From positions 335,730,001 to 335,794,000 of the forward strand of contig OZ024742.1 of assembly GCA_964016885.1 (NCBI GenBank): DNA of 64,000 nt, read 5' to 3'. The stretch is from Eledone cirrhosa (lineage: Eukaryota). Shown one piece after another: positions 53,322 to 64,000 of the stretch. Each line of letters begins with the position of its first letter. Position 1 is the stretch's first letter. Below the pieces are notes generated by a model. The model was not told the origin of the DNA and made no database searches. It saw only the letters and a program-made list of their open reading frames with translations. A program made the translations under genes and the position numbers.

Positions 53322-53853
53322 AGACTAAAATCCAAAGAGGGCTCGATAAGGATAAATATATATCAAATATATAAGAACCGTAGAGTAAATATTTATTAAA
53401 ATAACAGATTAAAGTTTAAGCAAAAAATCGCTGCTTTCACCCTTAACGGGATCTAGAACGTCTCTATGCACCACCTAAGAGAACATTAGTCTACGACCTC
53501 TTTTATACCATAAACGTGGTCTGTCTTTGCACGTAATTGTTTTTCACCGCTCCTATTAATGACGTATTATTCGTTTTTTCCCGTTCTTCGCCAGCGAACG
53601 TTTCCACGAACCAAAGTATCGTCTTCCTGTCTTCCTCCGGTTGCAACGTTTTTTGAAATATCCAGTTCTGCGTTTACAGATTGACTTTGTTAGTTTCAGA
53701 AGATCCCGTTAAGGGTAAAAGCAGCGATTCTTTGCTTAAACTTTAATCTGTTATTTTAATAAATATTTGCTCTACAATTCTTATATATTTGATATATATT
53801 TATCCTTATCGAGCCCTCTTTGGATTTTAGTCTTCAAATTTATTATTATTACT

Positions 53854-53898
<45 letters not shown>

Positions 53899-54127
53899 AG
53901 TTAATATAAATTAATATATTTGATAAACACAAATACCAACATATCCATGTTTGTATTGTAAACGACTAAGTTAGCTAGATTGAAAAATACTAATTATAAT
54001 AATACAGTTTGCCTGTCTCGATTTAAAATAATACTAATAATACTAATCTAGTTAACTTAGTCGTTTACAATACAAATATGGATATGTTGGTATTTGTGTT
54101 TATCAAATATATTAATTTATATTAACT

Positions 54128-54178
<51 letters not shown>

Positions 54179-55014
54179 AGTAATAATAATAAATTTGAAG
54201 ACTAAAATCCAAAGAGGGCTCGATAAGGATAAATATATATCAAATATATAAGAATTGTAGAGCAAATATTTATTAAAATAACAGATTAAAGTTTAAGCAA
54301 AGAATCGCTGCTTTCACCCTTAACGGGATCTTCTTAAACTAACAAAGTCAATCTGTAAACGCAGAAGTGGATATTTCAAAAAACGTTGCAACCGGAGGAA
54401 GACAGGAAGACGATACTTTGGTTCGTGGAAACGTTCGCTGGCAAAGAACGGGAAAAAACGAATAATACGTCATTAATAGGAGCGGTGAAAAACAATTACG
54501 CACAAAGACAGAACCACGTTTATGGTATAAAAGAAGTCGTAGACTAATGTTCAATTAACTGGTTCATAGAGACGTTCTCTGGCAATGAACGGAAAAAACG
54601 AAGATAATACGTCATATGTGGAGCGTGGAGAACAATTGCAGGCAAAGACAAAACCACGTAAATGGTATAGCTGAAGTCGTAGACTAAAATTCTAACTAGG
54701 AAACCGAATGAATCTCCGCTTCAGAGTTAAAAATAAAGTAAATAAAGTACAATACAGAGGTAATAGAAATTAAATAAATACATACACGCATGCAAATACG
54801 TACATACACAAGCATACGCGAAAACACTTGCCATAGGTATACAAATCCTCGCACATATAAATATGTGTATTCGTCTTCCTGTCTTCCTCCGGTTGCAACG
54901 TTTTTTGAAATATCCACTTCTGCGTTTACAGATTGACTTTGTTAGTTTCAGAAGATCCCGTTAAGGGTGAAAGCAGCGATTCTTTGCTTAAACTTTAATC
55001 TGTTATTTTAATAA

Positions 55015-55015
<1 letters not shown>
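53322..55015. mobile_element. Cluster of family X segments in alternating orientation: 53322-53453 (-), 53454-53855 (+), 54173-54868 (-), 54869-55015 (+), around a central fold-back at 53895-54130
   Basis: Direct reverse-complement matching and homology to 9482-10070. Confidence 0.88.
54944..54994 (+). ncRNA. Type I hammerhead variant (family X); mutated copies at 53692-53742 (+, G12A) and 54290-54340 (-, C3A)
   Basis: AGTTT-CAGAAGA-TCCC gttaa GGGT-GAA-AGCAG cgattct TTGCT-T-AAACT. Confidence 0.65.
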
Positions 55016-55055
<40 letters not shown>

Positions 55056-55135
55056 TATATACATATATATATACATATACAAACATATATATATATATAT
55101 ATATATATATAGTAAAGCATGTCCAGAGAATTATT

Positions 55136-55292
55136 TGTAAATGACTCTCTCCCTCACCCTAACTTAAATTGCAGGTTTTTGACCCTAAATTGGAAACCAT
55201 TTTGGCAGTATCGGCAGAGGGTCGGACGCCATGCTTTGAAGCATAGAGTTCCGGCCCTTGCCATTCTGAGTTCAAATCCTGCCGAGGTTAAC
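55136..55292 (+). mobile_element. SINE A tail joined to a SINE A head (junction fragment)
   Basis: Reverse-complement match to 56368-56524. Confidence 0.8.
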
Positions 55293-55300
55293 TATATATA

Positions 55301-55443
55301 TAGGAACAAGTAAGACCCCGTCGAAACGGCTTGAGCTCAGCCGTCGGGGTCTTACTTGTTCCTATTACCCACTCTACTACCCTAAGTATTGAGTACTTTG
55401 GTGCGTTATGGTCCATCTGGTTCCTTACCACATTTCCTTCGTT
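55301..55443 (+). mobile_element. Family Y fold-back cassette
   Basis: 20-bp inverted arm followed by TCGAAACGGCT tgagctc AGCCGTC GGGG. Homologous to 34897-35085. Confidence 0.7.
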
Positions 55444-55815
55444 ATATATATATATATATATACGCACACGCATGTACACATGGTGTAGAATGAAGTGAAG
55501 TGAATCATCCAGTAATTTACTTAGCTACCTCACTGTTGCAAGTTCAAACTCCGTTGGGATTTCTATCGCGGAACTCTTTAGTTGGAAATGAATAAATTAT
55601 TATATGTCATTATATATTTATATTTTTGTTTAAACACTTAACATAATTTCTCCTCCTTCTCTCTCACTCCCAATGTCTCTGTCTTTGTCTCTGTATGTAT
55701 GTACACGTGTCTGTGAACTAAATATATATACGTATATGTATGTGTGTATGTACGTGTGTACACATACATATATACCTACCTACATACCTGAATACATACA
55801 TACATACGTACATAC

Positions 55816-55904
<89 letters not shown>

Positions 55905-56279
55905 GAGAGAGAGATAGATAGATAGATATTCGTATGCATCTATACATACATATGCTTTTGAAATATTTACCAGTCTTGTTCTAGACATAAACGTACAATA
56001 CATCAACCTCTACCCTACCCTGCATACACAGACACACGCACACACACACACGCACATACATGCATAGATACATACATACATACATACATACATACATACA
56101 TACATACATACATACATACATACATACACATGCACAGCAATGACTAATTGAACATACCCCGTTATTAAAATGTCATCAATGACTGTACTAATGGATTAGT
56201 TGTACTAAGGATAGTTGATGATTATAAGGTTCATGGTTCGAGCCATATTCTCGGTTTGGCTTTGAGTCCGGGACAAAAT

Positions 56280-56630
56280 AATTGTTTCTACTTTTGGCAC
56301 ACGGCCAGCAAATAACCAGTGTATTACAGGTACTTTATTTTATCGACCCCGTAAGGATGAAAGGCAAAGTTAATCTCGGCGGGATTTGAACTCAGAATGG
56401 CAAGGGCCGTAACTCTATACGTCAAAGCATGGCGTTCAACCCTCTACCAATACTGCCAAAATGGTTTCTAATTTAGGTACAAAAACTGCAATTTAAGTTA
56501 GGGTGGGGGAGAGAGTCATTTACATTGAGATCAGTACTTGACTGGTACGCTATTTTATCGATCCCGGAAAGATGAAAGGCAAAGTTGGCATCGGCGGAAT
56601 TTGAAATCAGAATTAAAAGGGTCGCAACTA
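56280..56630 (-). mobile_element. Two tandem SINE family A copies
   Basis: Boxes, core and tail. Confidence 0.9.
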
Positions 56631-56669
56631 TTTTGTGAGTTTGGTTCCTGTGATACACTGTGTCCCCAA

Positions 56670-57435
56670 ACAAGGCACTTTACTTCACGTTGCTCTAATC
56701 AACTCAGCTAAATAAAATTGAGTTGTACTTGTACTTGATAGGACCAGCCTTGTCTTCAATTCGGTATTCGTGCCAACCCTTACCTATGGTCAGGAATCTT
56801 GGGTAATGACCGAAAGAACACGATCGCAAATACAAGCGGCCGAAATGGAGTTCTTTCAGAGGGTCTTTGGAGTAACATTACTGAATATAGTGCGTAACTC
56901 GGAGATCGGAGAATGACTCCAGATAGGGCCGTTACTTTTCAGAATTGTGAGATCACAGCTCCGATACTATGGGCATGTGGTTAGAATGTCTCAGGAAAGA
57001 ATCGCTGGACAGATCTTAATGACGTGAAACCAACAGGCAGGAGACCCAGGGGTAGACCTCGAACAAGATGGCTGGATAACATCCTTGAGCTTGGCTGGTC
57101 ACGCTTGGGTATCCAACCGGATTAGTTAGAGACAGTTGCTTCTGACAGGACCCGCTAGAAGGAGTGTTTGAGGACTCTGCCTCCAGCGACCCTCTCAAGG
57201 ATAAGTGGGCGAAGAAGAAGAAGAAGAAGAAGAAGAAGAAGAAGAAGAAGAAGAAGAAGAAGAAGAAGAAGAAGAGCTATGTCACACACTATGCCACGCT
57301 AAGTCTTATTCAAGACCTTATTTAAAGGTACGTGTGCTTATAGAATGTTCAGCCACTTGCATGTTAATTTCATGCGCAAGCTGTTGCTTTGTTCAAACAA
57401 CTGGAAAACTCATCGTCGGAATCGATGGGGGTTCC
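56670..57435 (+). mobile_element. SINE family B split by an RTE fragment
   Basis: 56670-56755 and 57277-57435 align with successive parts of 12910-13140. Confidence 0.7.
56756..57275 (+). mobile_element. Expander/Rex3-like RTE 3' fragment with a (GAA)n tail
   Basis: FVPTLTYGQESWVMTERTRSQIQAAEM..SQLRYYGHVVRM..RRPRGRPRTRW. Confidence 0.88.
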
Positions 57436-57879
57436 ACACACACGCACACATACTCATAAATACATACACACTCACACACACACATACACGCATACACACA
57501 CACACACACGCACGCATACTCACACATACATACACATACACCCCTTTCACACACACACACATGCGTATACACACACACTCATATATACACATGCACTAAC
57601 CGACGCACACGTATATGTATATATATATGAAGAACAGTTTTTTTTAAAAACGTACTGAAAAGACATCTAATTTTATTTTTCCAATCGATTTCGTTTCTCA
57701 TTTGTTATTGAGTTAGTTGTAGATTTGTTAGTATTGGTGTTTACTATATTAACCTACTTACTCTTAATTAAACATAGAGTTAATTATAGCGAAATGTTCA
57801 TCTCACGCTACTGTTTTGAAAAACCGCTAGCTCCGGCGAAACTTCGAAGTAAACACTTACTATTAACACACACATACAC

Positions 57880-57910
<31 letters not shown>

Positions 57911-57930
57911 TATATAATTTAATATAGAAA

Positions 57931-57980
57931 TGGCTTCTACAGGACTAGAACTGTTTCATTCGACAGAAATCATCAGGAAA

Positions 57981-57984
<4 letters not shown>
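57931..57984 (-). ncRNA. Type I hammerhead ribozyme with a canonical core
   Basis: Minus strand: TGGCTTTC-CTGATGA-TTTC tgtc GAAT-GAA-ACAG ttctagtc CTGT-A-GAAGCCA. Confidence 0.82.
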
Positions 57985-58025
<41 letters not shown>

Positions 58026-58166
58026 AGTTTATGTTGGTTGTATACCAACACCTCAGTATGCAGGCTGGAGCACTCGACGAAGTGCGCAGGTTGGTTTGGT
58101 TAGTCCGGAGTAGTGTAAAATAAAGTTAAATAAAAGTAAAATGATTAAAATTTAGCTTCGTTTATT

Positions 58167-58221
58167 ACTGCTATATATATTTCAGTGACAGCCATCTTTG
58201 GCTGTGACCTCTTCAGGCAGT
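58167..58221 (-). ncRNA. Minimal type I hammerhead ribozyme with a palindromic stem III
   Basis: Minus strand: ACTGC-CTGAAGA-GGTCACAGCCA aaga TGGCTGTCACT-GAA-ATATATAT-A-GCAGT, followed by AATAAA. Confidence 0.8.
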
Positions 58222-58489
58222 TTGAATTAGTATGGTATAGACAAGTACATATGTTGTTTAGGTGTATAATATTGTCAATACTCTGATATGCCCAGTTCCT
58301 TGTTGGGTTGTTAATTCACTGAGGAACTGGAGTCATATGAATTCAAACAAACGAATTTCAGTGTCAAAGGTCCCCTTCTCCTCTCATTGGTCAGTTATTA
58401 GAACATTCCTCATTCTAAGTGTTGTTATTGTTGGAGTTAGCTTAAAAATTGATAAAATGGTAGAAGGGACAAGGTGTTAAAGGAACGTT

Positions 58490-63460
<4,971 letters not shown>

Positions 63461-63930
63461 TGAATTTGGCAAAGCCGGCCATTTATCGTTCGTATACAGA
63501 AAACTGACAAATTCATTCTAAAAAACTGCTCTTGACAAGATTGAGACAACTTATTGATTACTCGACAACACATTCATTTGATATTAAATTATTTTTTTAA
63601 TCTCCTCTTTTTTAAACCTTCTACTAACTCTTTAATTACATTAACATTAAATGACCTCCCTTTCTCAATTATATTCGTATATTAAGTTACCCCTTCTTAT
63701 TTACCCATTATATACCAGACAAAAATAATCCTGTTTTACTAAATTATTAAGCGTCCCTCTTTGTACTATTTTAACATTTTTAATTTTATGATATTAAAAT
63801 TAGTTACATCCCCTTCTTAATATTAATTTACTATCTTCACATAATTAACTTTACCTCCTATCTCTAAAGTTCTCTCCCCCATGCTTACTAGAACTCCCTT
63901 ATTCTCAATCGCAAGCAAACATTTCCTCCA

Positions 63931-64000
63931 TAATTGTTTCTACTTTTGGCACAAGGCCAGCAATTACCCAGTGTATTTCTGGTACTTTATTTTATCGACC
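63931..64000 (-). mobile_element. SINE family A 3' end, cut by the window edge
   Basis: Tail and core match the other copies. Confidence 0.9.

Overview
A gene-free, repeat-saturated animal genomic window. The SINE families and microsatellite load suggest a cephalopod/Octopus-like genome, which is inference. I found no credible host protein-coding exon: nearly all short ORFs in the track are microsatellite artefacts or transposon reading frames. The window is a nested mosaic of non-LTR retrotransposons (a near-full-length L1/Tx1 element plus 3 fragments, R4/Dong-type, CRE-type, CR1-type and several RTE lineages), two coding Penelope-like elements (one Naiad-like, one with an inverted pseudo-LTR), mariner, Tigger, hAT and Helitron-type remnants, and three tRNA-derived SINE families. 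The most interesting layer is RNA structure: (i) about 15 hammerhead-ribozyme or hammerhead-like motifs from about 10 distinct sequence families, mostly in short non-coding cassettes lodged in (TA)n tracts and often fold-back in shape, including a ~1.07 kb palindrome with hammerheads on both strands; (ii) a ~610 bp non-coding RTE-parasitic element with an HDV-like 5' motif that chains head-to-tail in (TATG)n; (iii) a SINE whose 3' tail and target sites point to an R4/Dong-type partner LINE. All folds and alignments were done by eye; coordinates of degraded elements are approximate.
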